This document shows positions 29,603 to 39,252 of a stretch of DNA of 64,000 nucleotides, piece after piece. Below the pieces are notes generated by a model that was not told where the DNA came from, made no database searches, and worked only from the letters and a program-made list of their open reading frames with translations. Each line of letters opens with the position of its first letter. Position 1 is the first letter of the stretch. Source of the stretch: Candidatus Hodarchaeota archaeon (GTDB taxonomy: Archaea; Asgardarchaeota; Lokiarchaeia; Sigyniarchaeales; SOKP01); assembly GCA_048886685.1 (NCBI GenBank), contig JBHLKM010000002.1, forward strand, positions 263,532-327,531, written 5' to 3'. The position numbers and the translations under genes are program-made.

Positions 29603-30841
29603 ATGTTTTTGGATTACTTTTTTTATCTTAAAGAAATATTACCGGTAAGTATTACTGAGTTTATGACCTTATTGGAGGCACTCGATAAGGGTTTGATAAA
29701 AAACACTGTCGATTTTTACTATATCTCTCGTTCAATCCTATGTAAGAATGAGCATCAATTTGATATTTATGACATCGCTTTCGCTAATTATTTCAAAGAT
29801 GCTGGATTAGATTTTCCAGAGGATATTAGACAAGAGATTTGGGATTGGCTCCAAACAAACATATCAATCTTTCGTATGCCTGGAGTCATTAAAGAATTTT
29901 TTGGAAATATGAGTTTAGAAGAGTTAGAAGAACAGTTCAGAAAGTTACTCAGAGAGCAGGATGGAGAACATAATTTTGGGGCAAAATGGATTGGTACACA
30001 AGGACAATCTAAATTTGGGCATTCAGGGATTAATATAGATGGATATAGAATTGGTGATAGTTATGGTATGCATACAGCGGTAAAAATAGCTCAAAAAAGG
30101 ATCTTTAAAGATTATCGAAAAGACTTAATCATAGATACGCGCCAAATTAAAATCGCATTAAAACGTTTAAAAAGATTAGATGAAATAGGAAAAAAAGATG
30201 AGTTAGACCTCCCAAAGACAATACATGAGACTGGGCGAAATGGTGGTGATATTGAGCTGATCTTTAATAAAAGGAAAAAGAATAATATAAAGCTCTTACT
30301 TTTGATGGATGTTGGTGGAACAATGGATATTTATATTCACCAAGTAAATCTTTTATTTTCTGCGGCTAACAATATATCTCATTGGAAGGATTTTAAATAC
30401 TATTACTTTCATAATTGTATTTATAATTATTTATATGAGAATGCTGAAAGAAATACAGATCAAGCAATTGAATTTGAGGATTTTTTAAAAAAATACGATG
30501 ATTCCTACCGTGTAATAATTGTGGGAGATCAAACTATGCACCGTAGTGAATTAGTCAATCCGCATGGTGCTATTTATGATGATGCAAGTAACAAAAAGCC
30601 AGGCCTGTATTATGTAAATGAACTTGCTAAGCATTATAAAAAAAATGTGATTTGGTTAAATCCCGAACCAGTTACATTTGATTGGATGTCATGGACCAAA
30701 ATGAAAATCTCAAAAATCATTCCAACTTTCCATCTGACCATTAGGGGCATTGAAAAAGCTATGGATTACTTGAGAACTGGTGGTAAAAATCAATATACAA
30801 CAGTAGACCTACTTAAAGAAGTACCTTTGGCACTTTTTTAA
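29603..30841 (+). CDS. vWA-domain partner of MoxR (CoxE-like)
   Basis: KWIGTQGQSKFGHSG, MIDAS-like MDVGGTM, YYFHNCIY, VGDQTM, WLNPEP. Confidence 0.88.
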   Translation: MFLDYFFYLKEILPVSITEFMTLLEALDKGLIKNTVDFYYISRSILCKNEHQFDIYDIAFANYFKDAGLDFPEDIRQEIWDWLQTNISIFRMPGVIKEFFGNMSLEELEEQFRKLLREQDGEHNFGAKWIGTQGQSKFGHSGINIDGYRIGDSYGMHTAVKIAQKRIFKDYRKDLIIDTRQIKIALKRLKRLDEIGKKDELDLPKTIHETGRNGGDIELIFNKRKKNNIKLLLLMDVGGTMDIYIHQVNLLFSAANNISHWKDFKYYYFHNCIYNYLYENAERNTDQAIEFEDFLKKYDDSYRVIIVGDQTMHRSELVNPHGAIYDDASNKKPGLYYVNELAKHYKKNVIWLNPEPVTFDWMSWTKMKISKIIPTFHLTIRGIEKAMDYLRTGGKNQYTTVDLLKEVPLALF

Positions 30842-30858
30842 ATTATTTCTAGAAGTTT

Positions 30859-31254
30859 CTAGTAGTATCGATAGATCTTTTCCCACCATTTGTTTTTAAG
30901 ATAAATTATAGCAATACCAAAAAGATCTAAATCTTCAAAATCTTGATGATTCCCCTTTAATACTATAAGATCTTTACCATCTTTTGAATATATTTCTCTT
31001 TTTTCTTTAGAAAACTCAAAAACAGGCTCTTCTCTAAAATATATCGTTGAATTTAAAATAAAACCTACCATTTCATTACCAATAAAAATATCATCATGAT
31101 CGTCAAGTTTCAGTAGAATATGCCCATTTTCGTTCTTAACGAGATAACCATCTAAAAATCCAATTAATGTTTGTTTTCTATTAAAGAATTTTTTTTTCTC
31201 AACATATCCTATAATTTTTTTCTTCCTATTTAACACTTCTATAATAATTATCAC
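30859..31254 (-). CDS. Hypothetical beta-rich protein
   Basis: 131-aa ORF with GAGGTGA SD and repeated (I/V)G(Y/F) beta-hairpin pattern. Confidence 0.6.
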   Translation of the reverse strand: MIIIIEVLNRKKKIIGYVEKKKFFNRKQTLIGFLDGYLVKNENGHILLKLDDHDDIFIGNEMVGFILNSTIYFREEPVFEFSKEKREIYSKDGKDLIVLKGNHQDFEDLDLFGIAIIYLKNKWWEKIYRYY

Positions 31255-31290
31255 CTCTACCCTTTCTTATACATATCTCTATAAATATAC

Positions 31291-31632
31291 TTAGAGATAT
31301 AAATTAATTTCTTCTAAGTAGACTTTTAACATTGAAATTAGCCAACATACTTTTTCATAACTAAGAGGAGAATCCATTATTTTTTGAACCCGCTCGATAA
31401 CATCTTGTTCAGAAAAACTACCATGACCTTTTTCAAATATCATTTGGAATTCTGCAAGAGCCCAACATAATGCATCATAAGGATAATATTTTTTTGAAAG
31501 CTCCTTAGCTGTATACTTAGCTTTTGATCTTAATTTTTGATTTAATTCAATTTTAACTCTAAAATCATTCTCTCTAATTACAGGTTCTAGTACATTTGTA
31601 TTATCTTTAGCTTTTAACATTTTTAGAACCAC
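31291..31632 (-). CDS. Hypothetical protein with an internal repeat
   Basis: YPYDALCWALAE and LSYEKVCWLISM repeated motif. Confidence 0.6.
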   Translation of the reverse strand: MVLKMLKAKDNTNVLEPVIRENDFRVKIELNQKLRSKAKYTAKELSKKYYPYDALCWALAEFQMIFEKGHGSFSEQDVIERVQKIMDSPLSYEKVCWLISMLKVYLEEINLYL

Positions 31633-31655
31633 CTCATTTTTTATTTTAATTATAA

Positions 31656-31668
31656 TGAATTTTATTCA
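31656..31668. promoter_or_regulatory. 13-bp palindromic operator TGAAT-TTT-ATTCA
   Basis: Perfect 5-3-5 palindrome just upstream of 31291..31632; member of the recurring motif. Confidence 0.55.
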
Positions 31669-31748
31669 AGAAATAAAAAACAACAGCAATAAACGAAATC
31701 CGATGAGTTCAGAGAGAATTTCCAAATAAATACTTTTTAAAAGGATGC

Positions 31749-31949
31749 CTATCTAAATTTTTTTTGTAATCTTTCTAACAAGCTATCTAATTTCTTCTGA
31801 TATCGCCATTGAAGTATACTATACTTATATTCATCTTTTACTATGAACTCGGAACGTCTAATTTCACTTTCACCGGAATATATAAGTTTATTAATGGTGT
31901 TTCTCCCTTGATTAATCTTTTTAAGTGATTCTTGATTTTTTTTCTGCAT
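31749..31949 (-). CDS. Hypothetical protein, 66 aa
   Basis: AAGGAG SD, ATG start; lies in a run of minus-strand genes. Confidence 0.45.
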   Translation of the reverse strand: MQKKNQESLKKINQGRNTINKLIYSGESEIRRSEFIVKDEYKYSILQWRYQKKLDSLLERLQKKFR

Positions 31950-31974
31950 TTTATCATTCTCCTTTTATACTATA

Positions 31975-32436
31975 TTATCTAACTATTAATACATGACAAG
32001 AGGCATGTTTTACAATTGTTTTAGCTACTAAACCAATTAATTTTTGTTTTAATTTGGAATGAACACCTTTTGCCCCTATTACTACAAAGTCAAATTTTTC
32101 ATCTTCTACAATCCTTAGAATATAATCCTCAGGGTGATCTTCTTTAATAAGCCTAGTCTCAACAGATAAGTTTTCCCTATTAAAAGAATTCTGTACCTTT
32201 AGCAATAATTGTTCACCTTCTTGTATAGTTTCTTCTAATAATTCTCTTTCACTTACATAAAATGAACCATAACTAGAAGGGACAATAGGCATTGCTAATA
32301 ATGGAAATTTATAATGTTTAACCGAATGGACTATTACAATTTTACAATCTAATTTACTTTGAAGTTCAAATACTCTTTTAAATGCTCGTTCTGAATTTTT
32401 TGAGTCATCTATTGTAAATAAGATCTTTCTGTATAT
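31975..32436 (-). CDS. uspA: Universal stress protein (UspA family)
   Basis: YRKILFTIDDSKNSERAF, DFVVIGAKG, LIGLVAKTIVKHASCHVLIVR; start placed at ATA 32436 behind GAGGTG. Confidence 0.9.
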   Translation of the reverse strand: MYRKILFTIDDSKNSERAFKRVFELQSKLDCKIVIVHSVKHYKFPLLAMPIVPSSYGSFYVSERELLEETIQEGEQLLLKVQNSFNRENLSVETRLIKEDHPEDYILRIVEDEKFDFVVIGAKGVHSKLKQKLIGLVAKTIVKHASCHVLIVR

Positions 32437-32474
32437 AAAACCCACCTCTTATACTTCGTGATATTTTAATAATC

Positions 32475-32753
32475 TCGAATAAAATTCGATCTTAACTTTT
32501 TTTATTAAATTTATTATTATTCTTTCTCACGATTATTATTTATGAAATACAATATTTAAACATTCCGAAGAAGATTCGGTCAAACATGAAAAAACCGAAG
32601 AAGATTCTATGAACAGTTGATGATTATACGAATATTTACGATTAAGCCGAATTTCATTCGACGGGTTTAAATAGAATGAATTATATATTTTGATTATAGA
32701 ATAACGAAAGGATGACAGCTTAACCAAAAAGAAATAGACTGAATATTATTCAG
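32475..32753. promoter_or_regulatory. Cluster of five (C/T)GAAN-NNN-ATTC(G/A) operators in the divergent usp intergenic region
   Basis: 32476 CGAATAAAATTCG, 32566 CGAAGAAGATTCG, 32596 CGAAGAAGATTCT, 32648 CGAATTTCATTCG, 32740 TGAATATTATTCA. Confidence 0.65.
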
Positions 32754-32818
32754 ATTATTATAATCAAAAACTGATAATATAAAACTCGAGTTGAAAAATT
32801 TCAATTCAGAAGGAAAAG

Positions 32819-33073
32819 ATGATTTCTATGGTAAAATGTTCTAAGTGTGGAGAAGAATATTCATTAGGAAGAAAAATTTATCATGAATGTAAAGAATATT
32901 CAATATTTCATGGAGCTGTTTGTTCTGAACGCTGTATAGAACATCCTTGGAATTGTAATTCAAACAAAAAGTTAATTCCGTTACAATTAGAAATAAATGA
33001 TTATTTAACCAATGATGAAAAATATATTGATACATTTAATGGGTATTTATCATCGTTTATCTTTTTTTTCTAA
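32819..33073 (+). CDS. Small Cys/His-rich putative zinc-binding protein
   Basis: CSKCG...HEC...CSERC; AAGGA SD. Confidence 0.55.
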   Translation: MISMVKCSKCGEEYSLGRKIYHECKEYSIFHGAVCSERCIEHPWNCNSNKKLIPLQLEINDYLTNDEKYIDTFNGYLSSFIFFF

Positions 33074-33117
33074 TATTAATTTCAGTTAGAAATTATGAAA
33101 TTTAGTTTTTAATTCAA

Positions 33118-33309
33118 TTACTCATGTAAAATTAAGAAAAATTTGAGAGTCCTCCTTAATGATAATATGAAACATAAAAGAAAGAAGTATATAGAAGAAA
33201 TAATGACAAGAATTAAAATTGATGATACATTAGGCACTAAAATTTCTAAAAAACCAATAAGACAACAGATGCGGTTACAAGCCCCACATGAAAGAATTTT
33301 ATTCTTCAT
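33118..33309 (-). CDS. Small membrane protein
   Basis: CGACNRICC plus a hydrophobic stretch; downstream of the response regulator. Confidence 0.35.
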   Translation of the reverse strand: MKNKILSCGACNRICCLIGFLEILVPNVSSILILVIISSIYFFLLCFILSLRRTLKFFLILHE

Positions 33310-33370
33310 TTAAATTTTCTAAAAAATTTTATAAAATTTACAAAAAATAATCGATTATATTTCCCGTTTA

Positions 33371-33814
33371 TTAAACTTCAGGATGTTTTACAATTTTAAA
33401 CCAAAAATATACAATTGATTCAACAATTTTATAGAATTCCTTCATTTCTAATGGTTTTATTACATAACAATTAGCATGGAGATTATAAGCTTTTATTAAA
33501 TCCTCTTCAACATCAGATACTGTCAAAATTACAACAGGAATTCGTTTTAATTTTTCATCTTGCTTGATTTCTTGCAATACCTCAAAACCATTTTTCTTTG
33601 GTAAATTTAAATCTAAAAGAATTAAATTGGGAGTATCTACCTCAGAATATTTTCCTTTTTTCCTTAAGAAATCAATTGCTTCAACACCATCTCTAACAAT
33701 ATATAAATTATTTACAAGTTTATAATCTTGAACAATTTCCTTCGTAATACGAATATCTGCGATATTGTCTTCTACAAGTAAGATTTTAGCATCAACTTTT
33801 TTATAATCATTCAT
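33371..33814 (-). CDS. Stand-alone response regulator (Rcp1-like receiver)
   Basis: LLVEDN, LLDLNLPKKNG, VVILTVS, ANCYVIKP. Confidence 0.93.
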   Translation of the reverse strand: MNDYKKVDAKILLVEDNIADIRITKEIVQDYKLVNNLYIVRDGVEAIDFLRKKGKYSEVDTPNLILLDLNLPKKNGFEVLQEIKQDEKLKRIPVVILTVSDVEEDLIKAYNLHANCYVIKPLEMKEFYKIVESIVYFWFKIVKHPEV

Positions 33815-33826
33815 ATTAAAATGTAA

Positions 33827-34885
33827 TCACTCCTTAGCTTTTTTAGCTGATATAGTAAAAAAAAATGTTGATCCTTTACCAACAACAGATTCCACCCATA
33901 TATTTCCCCCATATCTTTGAACTATTTTTTTACATATGGGTAATCCTATTCCTGTACCGGGATATTCTTCTTTTGTATGTAATCGGTAAAAAATATTAAA
34001 TAAACGGTCAAAATATTTAGATTCAATACCTATACCGTTATCTTCTACCGAGAATAACCATTCTTCATTGATTCTTTTTACTCCTATATAAATTTTAGGT
34101 GACTCTTTTCTTCGAAATTTTATTGCATTACTGATAAGATTCTGAAACAATTGCATGAACTGAGTTTTATCTACTTTTAATGTTGGCATATTGTCATAAG
34201 ATATGATTGCCCCACTTTCCTTTATTGATTCTTGTAAATTAAATAATGCATCTTTTAAAATATTCTCAAGATTAGTTAATTTTGAGGGTTTGGCGTGTGT
34301 AGTGATCCTTGAATAAGCTAATAAATCCTTAATAAGAATATTCATTTTTTTTGCCCCATCTACGATAAATCGAATAAAATCTTTACCATCTTTATCTAAT
34401 TTATCTTGATATTTATCTTCTAGAAGTTGAGAAAAACTTACAATTGCTCGTAAAGGTTCTTGTAGATCATGGGATGCAACATATGCAAATTGCTGTAGAT
34501 CTTCGTTAGATCGTCTTAAATCCAACAAAATATCATTAAATTCAAGTTCTTTTTTTGATATTTGCTCAGATAGTAATGATACAACAGTCCCGATGATTAT
34601 TAATGAACTTCCTCTTAGAAAATTATTGATAGAATCAGGACTAAAGAAATCCATATATAGAATTAAATGTAAAATCACTAATACTGCTGCCAAAAAACCG
34701 GGGACTAATAAACCTTTTTTTTTCCACCATAAACATGATAATATCGAAGGAAAATAGAAAAAATGAGCCACTAGAATAGTAGTTCCCAGAATAACTTCGA
34801 AATAATAAATCAGTAAGCATGAAATTATAACTAAAATTAAAATTGTCAATATCTTTATTTTTTCTTCTTGATATTTCAATTTCAT
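33827..34885 (-). CDS. Membrane sensor histidine kinase
   Basis: N-terminal TM helices, FAYVASHDLQEPLR, NLISNAIKF, DNGIGI, GTGIGL, GKGSTFFF. Confidence 0.95.
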   Translation of the reverse strand: MKLKYQEEKIKILTILILVIISCLLIYYFEVILGTTILVAHFFYFPSILSCLWWKKKGLLVPGFLAAVLVILHLILYMDFFSPDSINNFLRGSSLIIIGTVVSLLSEQISKKELEFNDILLDLRRSNEDLQQFAYVASHDLQEPLRAIVSFSQLLEDKYQDKLDKDGKDFIRFIVDGAKKMNILIKDLLAYSRITTHAKPSKLTNLENILKDALFNLQESIKESGAIISYDNMPTLKVDKTQFMQLFQNLISNAIKFRRKESPKIYIGVKRINEEWLFSVEDNGIGIESKYFDRLFNIFYRLHTKEEYPGTGIGLPICKKIVQRYGGNIWVESVVGKGSTFFFTISAKKAKE

Positions 34886-35185
34886 TGTAATCCTTTCTCA
34901 CATATTATTATTTATTTATTATTTTGAATCTTTGACTAGAAAATATACATATTTTTAATAATCATTTGAAAGCAAAAGTGCCATTATATATTTAAATATC
35001 ATATAGATTATATTTAATTTTTAAGAATATTATCTTGTATAGACTATATCTCATCGAATGTAGATTGGAAAAGTTTTATAAAAATCCTATTATCTATCAA
35101 GAAGAAGATCCATCCACAGGGTTTAAAAAATTTTTAATTAAATTGATTTCATCTAAAATATTGATGAAATAATTATATATTAAAT

Positions 35186-35198
35186 TGAATATTATTCA
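35186..35198. promoter_or_regulatory. Operator TGAAT-ATT-ATTCA upstream of the REC-Lrp gene
   Basis: Identical to the 32740 site. Confidence 0.6.
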
Positions 35199-35278
35199 GC
35201 TTATAGATCAAATTGAGAATGGAATCTATTGTTATTACTAAGTTAAGTTAAATAGAAATACTATAATGGTGAGAAAAA

Positions 35279-36160
35279 ATAGAGAAAAAAAAAATTACTA
35301 TATTATTAATTGAAGATAATTCAGCTGATGTACGTCTAATTAAAGAATTTTTAAAAAAATCAATAGATTTAAGTTATGAAATAGAATCATATTCTCGACT
35401 TTCCGAAAGTCTAAATAATATTAAAACCAGAAATTATGATATAATCCTATTAGATTTGGCTCTCCCTGATAGCGACAGAGAATCTACTCTAGAGAAAGTT
35501 TTAAACGCCACGGCAGAAATTCCTATTGTCATTTTAACTGGATTAGATGATAAGGAATTTGCTTTAGAATCTCTTAAAAAAGGAGCACAAGACTATCTAA
35601 TAAAAAATGAGCTCAATGAGACCAATCTAAGTCGAGCAATCCTTTATAGCATTGAGAGACACAAAATTGAAGGTGAAAGAGTAAAAAACCGAGTTCAAAA
35701 AATACAATTTGACGAAAAAGATAAAGAAATACTTAATATATTGCAAGAAAATTATAGAATCTCTTACAAAGAATTAAGTAAAAAAGTGAATCTAGCGGCT
35801 AGTACAATCCATAACCGAGTGCAAAATATGTTAAAAGAGGGAATTATTCGTAAATTTGATACACTTATAGATCCTTTCAAAGCAGGATATGACTCAATTG
35901 CAATTCTTGGTCTTTCTGTTGACCCATTGAAATTAGAGGAGGCAGCTGAAAAATTAGCAAATTATGATGAAATTCAACTGGTAGCTACCTCAACAGGTGA
36001 CCATAATATGATCTTACGCGTTCTAGCACTAAATGAGAAAGATCTTTGGAGATTCATTAATGAAAAAATTAAAGTAATTGACGGTATTCAACCAACTATG
36101 GATGTATCAAGTTTTATTGATATTTTTAAAATGACTCATAAAATAAATTTTAAAATTTGA
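35279..36160 (+). CDS. Receiver domain fused to an Lrp/AsnC transcription regulator
   Basis: Frame open from 35273: LLIEDN...LLDLALPD, IVILTG, GAQDYLIK, then the Lrp HTH (DEKDKEILNILQENYRISYKELSKKVNLAASTIHNRV) and RAM domain (TGDHNMIL). No ATG/GTG/TTG precedes LLIEDN; ATA 35279 lies 6 nt after GGTGA. Confidence 0.88.
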   Translation: MEKKKITILLIEDNSADVRLIKEFLKKSIDLSYEIESYSRLSESLNNIKTRNYDIILLDLALPDSDRESTLEKVLNATAEIPIVILTGLDDKEFALESLKKGAQDYLIKNELNETNLSRAILYSIERHKIEGERVKNRVQKIQFDEKDKEILNILQENYRISYKELSKKVNLAASTIHNRVQNMLKEGIIRKFDTLIDPFKAGYDSIAILGLSVDPLKLEEAAEKLANYDEIQLVATSTGDHNMILRVLALNEKDLWRFINEKIKVIDGIQPTMDVSSFIDIFKMTHKINFKI

Positions 36161-36221
36161 AAGAATGAAATTCTTGATTAATTTATTCAAAATTATAGAA
36201 TTTAAAACTTGTTCATAAAAA

Positions 36222-36818
36222 TCAATCTGTTATGTCTATTAATGCCACAGTGAACTTATTGTCAATCTCTTTCAAATCTAGCTTGCATTCTACAGAGTTT
36301 AAAATATGATGCATTGGTTTATTATCAATATGAAGTGTTCCCCCTAATTTGGTATAATTCAAATCCCTAGCAATTTTTATAAGATTTTTTAAAAGAAATT
36401 TTGTTATTCCTAGACCACGCCAATTTTTGTGAGTCACAAATATTAGTTCTCCTACCTTAAGATTCATTTTTTTAAATAAACAACCCATTGCCACAATAGA
36501 GTTCTCTTCTTTTTCTATATATTCTGCAACTAATACCATATCTTTATTGTAATTTATATTCACCAGAGATTTTATCTCATTAATTCCAAGCTTTTTTTTA
36601 TATGAGAAAAATCTATAAAACCAATCTTTTTCATCCAAAGAAAGGTGTAATTCTTGAACCTTTTTTTCATCATCAGGTTTTACAGGTCTGATAAATATAT
36701 TCTTTCCATTTTTGAGATTTAAAAATAGGTGATAATTTGCTGGATATTGATTAGCAACTCTATCTGTAAGTTCAGTTCTGATTAAATTTGACATGTTATC
36801 ACCAATCAGGTAAATCAA
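36222..36818 (-). CDS. GNAT acetyltransferase (Pat-like)
   Basis: IFIRPVKPDD, WFYRFF, WRGLGI, NKPM; probable ATG start at 36794; overlaps or abuts the gdh stop. Confidence 0.82.
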   Translation of the reverse strand: MIYLIGDNMSNLIRTELTDRVANQYPANYHLFLNLKNGKNIFIRPVKPDDEKKVQELHLSLDEKDWFYRFFSYKKKLGINEIKSLVNINYNKDMVLVAEYIEKEENSIVAMGCLFKKMNLKVGELIFVTHKNWRGLGITKFLLKNLIKIARDLNYTKLGGTLHIDNKPMHHILNSVECKLDLKEIDNKFTVALIDITD

Positions 36819-38143
36819 GGGAATATCCCTCTAAATTCAATAGCTTTAGCTAACCTCGCGATTGCAATCATATATGCCGCAATACGTAATGAGACATTTT
36901 TTTTTTCTGATAAATTATAAACATCTTCGAAGGTTTGAACCATAATATTCTTTAATTCATGATTTATCCTCTCTATATCCCAAAAGTAACTATGTATGTC
37001 CTGAATATATTCAAAATATGAGACGCAAACACCTCCAGCATTAGCAAGAATATCTGGAACAACTATTACACCTCTCTCATTTAAAACTTCATCTGCTTCT
37101 GGAGTAGTTGGTCCATTAGCACCCTCTAATATAATTTTACAATTTATATTTCTAGCATTTAGGTAAGTTATTTGATTTTCTATCGCAGCGGGGATTAAAA
37201 TATCACATTCTATTTCAAGAAATTGTTCATTTGGAATGATTTTATGATTCTTTTTTTTAAAATCTTTTAAAAAGTTATTTTCGTTTCTCCACTTTAGTAA
37301 TTCCTTTACATTTAAGCCTTCCCCATTATATAATCCTCCCTTAATATCTGAAATTCCTATTATTTTGGCTCCTTTTTCATATAAAATCTCAGCGATAGTT
37401 CCCCCAACATTTCCAAATCCCTGTATAACAACTTTCAAGCTCTTTAAATCTAAATTTAATTTTTTGCATAATGCATCAAGAATAAAAAATAAACCTCTTC
37501 CTGTTGCTGATTCTCTCCCAACTGAACCACCAATTTCTATTGGTTTTCCTGTAACTACTCCAGGAATGGCTCTGCCTTTGTTCATCGAATATGTATCCAT
37601 AATCCACGCCATAATTTGGGCGTTTGTGTTTATATCTGGGGCGGGAATATCTATATCTGGTCCTATAAAATTTATGATTTCAGAAGTGTATCTCCTAGTC
37701 AATCTTTCTAATTCACTTCTTGATAATTTCTTAGGATCGACACATATTCCTCCTTTTGCCCCTCCGAGAGGCAAATTTAACAAGCTACATTTCCATGTCA
37801 TCCAAGTAGCCAATGCTTTTACCTCGTCTAGATTAACATTTGGATCAAATCTTATTCCTCCTTTTCCAGGACCCCGAACTGTTGAATGATGTACCCTGTA
37901 ACCTTCAAATATCTTGAGATCTCCGTTATCCATCATAATAGGGATTGAAACAATTAAACAACGCTCCAATTTTTTAAGATATTTCCTAATATTATTATCC
38001 AATTGCATCTTTTCAGCTACAATATCAATCTGTTTTTTTGCCATTTCAAAGGGATTTGCATCTTTTAATTCCTTTTTCTTTACTTGCCCAGAATCTTCAA
38101 TTTCGTCAATAGAAACTACAACTTTTTTATAAATCGAGTTCAC
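36815..38143 (-). CDS. gdhA: Glutamate dehydrogenase (Glu/Leu/Phe/Val DH family)
   Basis: GPGKGGIRF, GGAKGG, DIPAPD, QGFGNVG, EGANGP, PDILANAGGV. Confidence 0.95.
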   Translation of the reverse strand: MNSIYKKVVVSIDEIEDSGQVKKKELKDANPFEMAKKQIDIVAEKMQLDNNIRKYLKKLERCLIVSIPIMMDNGDLKIFEGYRVHHSTVRGPGKGGIRFDPNVNLDEVKALATWMTWKCSLLNLPLGGAKGGICVDPKKLSRSELERLTRRYTSEIINFIGPDIDIPAPDINTNAQIMAWIMDTYSMNKGRAIPGVVTGKPIEIGGSVGRESATGRGLFFILDALCKKLNLDLKSLKVVIQGFGNVGGTIAEILYEKGAKIIGISDIKGGLYNGEGLNVKELLKWRNENNFLKDFKKKNHKIIPNEQFLEIECDILIPAAIENQITYLNARNINCKIILEGANGPTTPEADEVLNERGVIVVPDILANAGGVCVSYFEYIQDIHSYFWDIERINHELKNIMVQTFEDVYNLSEKKNVSLRIAAYMIAIARLAKAIEFRGIFP

Positions 38144-38173
38144 CTTACAGTTCTTTTTTTAATATAATTCTAT

Positions 38174-38186
38174 CGAACAATGTTCA
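38174..38186. promoter_or_regulatory. Operator CGAAC-AAT-GTTCA upstream of gdh
   Basis: 5-3-5 palindrome of the recurring family, about 30 bp upstream of gdh. Confidence 0.5.
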
Positions 38187-39023
38187 TTTAACCTATTTGT
38201 GATATATTGGGGTAGATATTCAATTCCCATTTTATATATGTTATTTACTATTTATAAATCTGTTGAATACTGTCCCGTTATCAATATAAAATAGTGAAAA
38301 TCATCCAGTATAAACCTATTTAGGAAAATTTTATTCAGTAAGCTGTCTTGTTGTGCTCTTTATTCAGAATGATAAATCTTTCCTAAGTTTTATTAGAATA
38401 GATGCGCTAACAACTGTTAGATTAAGTAAAGTTGCAGATTAAAATTATTCCAAATAGGAAATTAACAAAAAATCGTTCATATTATGAGAATTTTGTTATA
38501 ATTTATAAAAGAAATCCCATATCCATTTTAAGATCATATTTGTTCTTTAAATTCACCAGATTTCCTTTTTTACGATAATAGTGTTTCATGAAGGGAAAAG
38601 TATCCTTCATAAGGGATTTTAAAAAATTTTTAATATCTTCCCCTATAAGACCACTTTATTTGATAAATCTTTCATTTCTCAGTACCTTACCTAAATCTTC
38701 TTTTAAGGTTTCTGATTTTATAATCTTAAGAAATTTGACTTTAAAATCTTTTATAACTGCTTCTGAGATAATTTTCAAATAAATTCTTTTATAAAGACTC
38801 TTTTCTTTAGGGAAAACCATGACAACAGCTATTAAATTGAAAAATTTATACAATTTTTCTATCTCTATTATAAAACTATTTCTTTAAATTTTATGATCTT
38901 CTGTAAAACATACGATATTCCATTTTTCTATCGAATTATTTCCAATAGATTTTAATATTATGAATTATAAATGTACTGTAGATAAGGTATTAAATTCGTT
39001 TAAGATTAATAAAAAGTCAATAA

Positions 39024-39036
39024 TGAACATTATTCA
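39024..39036. promoter_or_regulatory. Operator TGAAC-ATT-ATTCA
   Basis: Further copy of the recurring palindrome. Confidence 0.4.
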
Positions 39037-39252
39037 AGTCATTATTATAAAAAAATTATAACAATAGATCAATTTCTGACGAAAAGTGTCAATAAAATGG
39101 ATTTGAGTTAATGATTTTGATAATATATCCTTTATATAATGGTGAATATTCATTAAGCAGGAAAATTTATCATGGCTGCAAAACTCTTTATTTATTATTC
39201 GGTAGAGAATTATTACATTAATTATATCATAAAGAAAATTAAAAATGAAGGT

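Noticed and set aside
38340-38930. Minus-strand ORF pieces (38656..38853 and continuation)
   Set aside because: Multiple stops and no recognisable family; possibly a decayed gene but unassignable.
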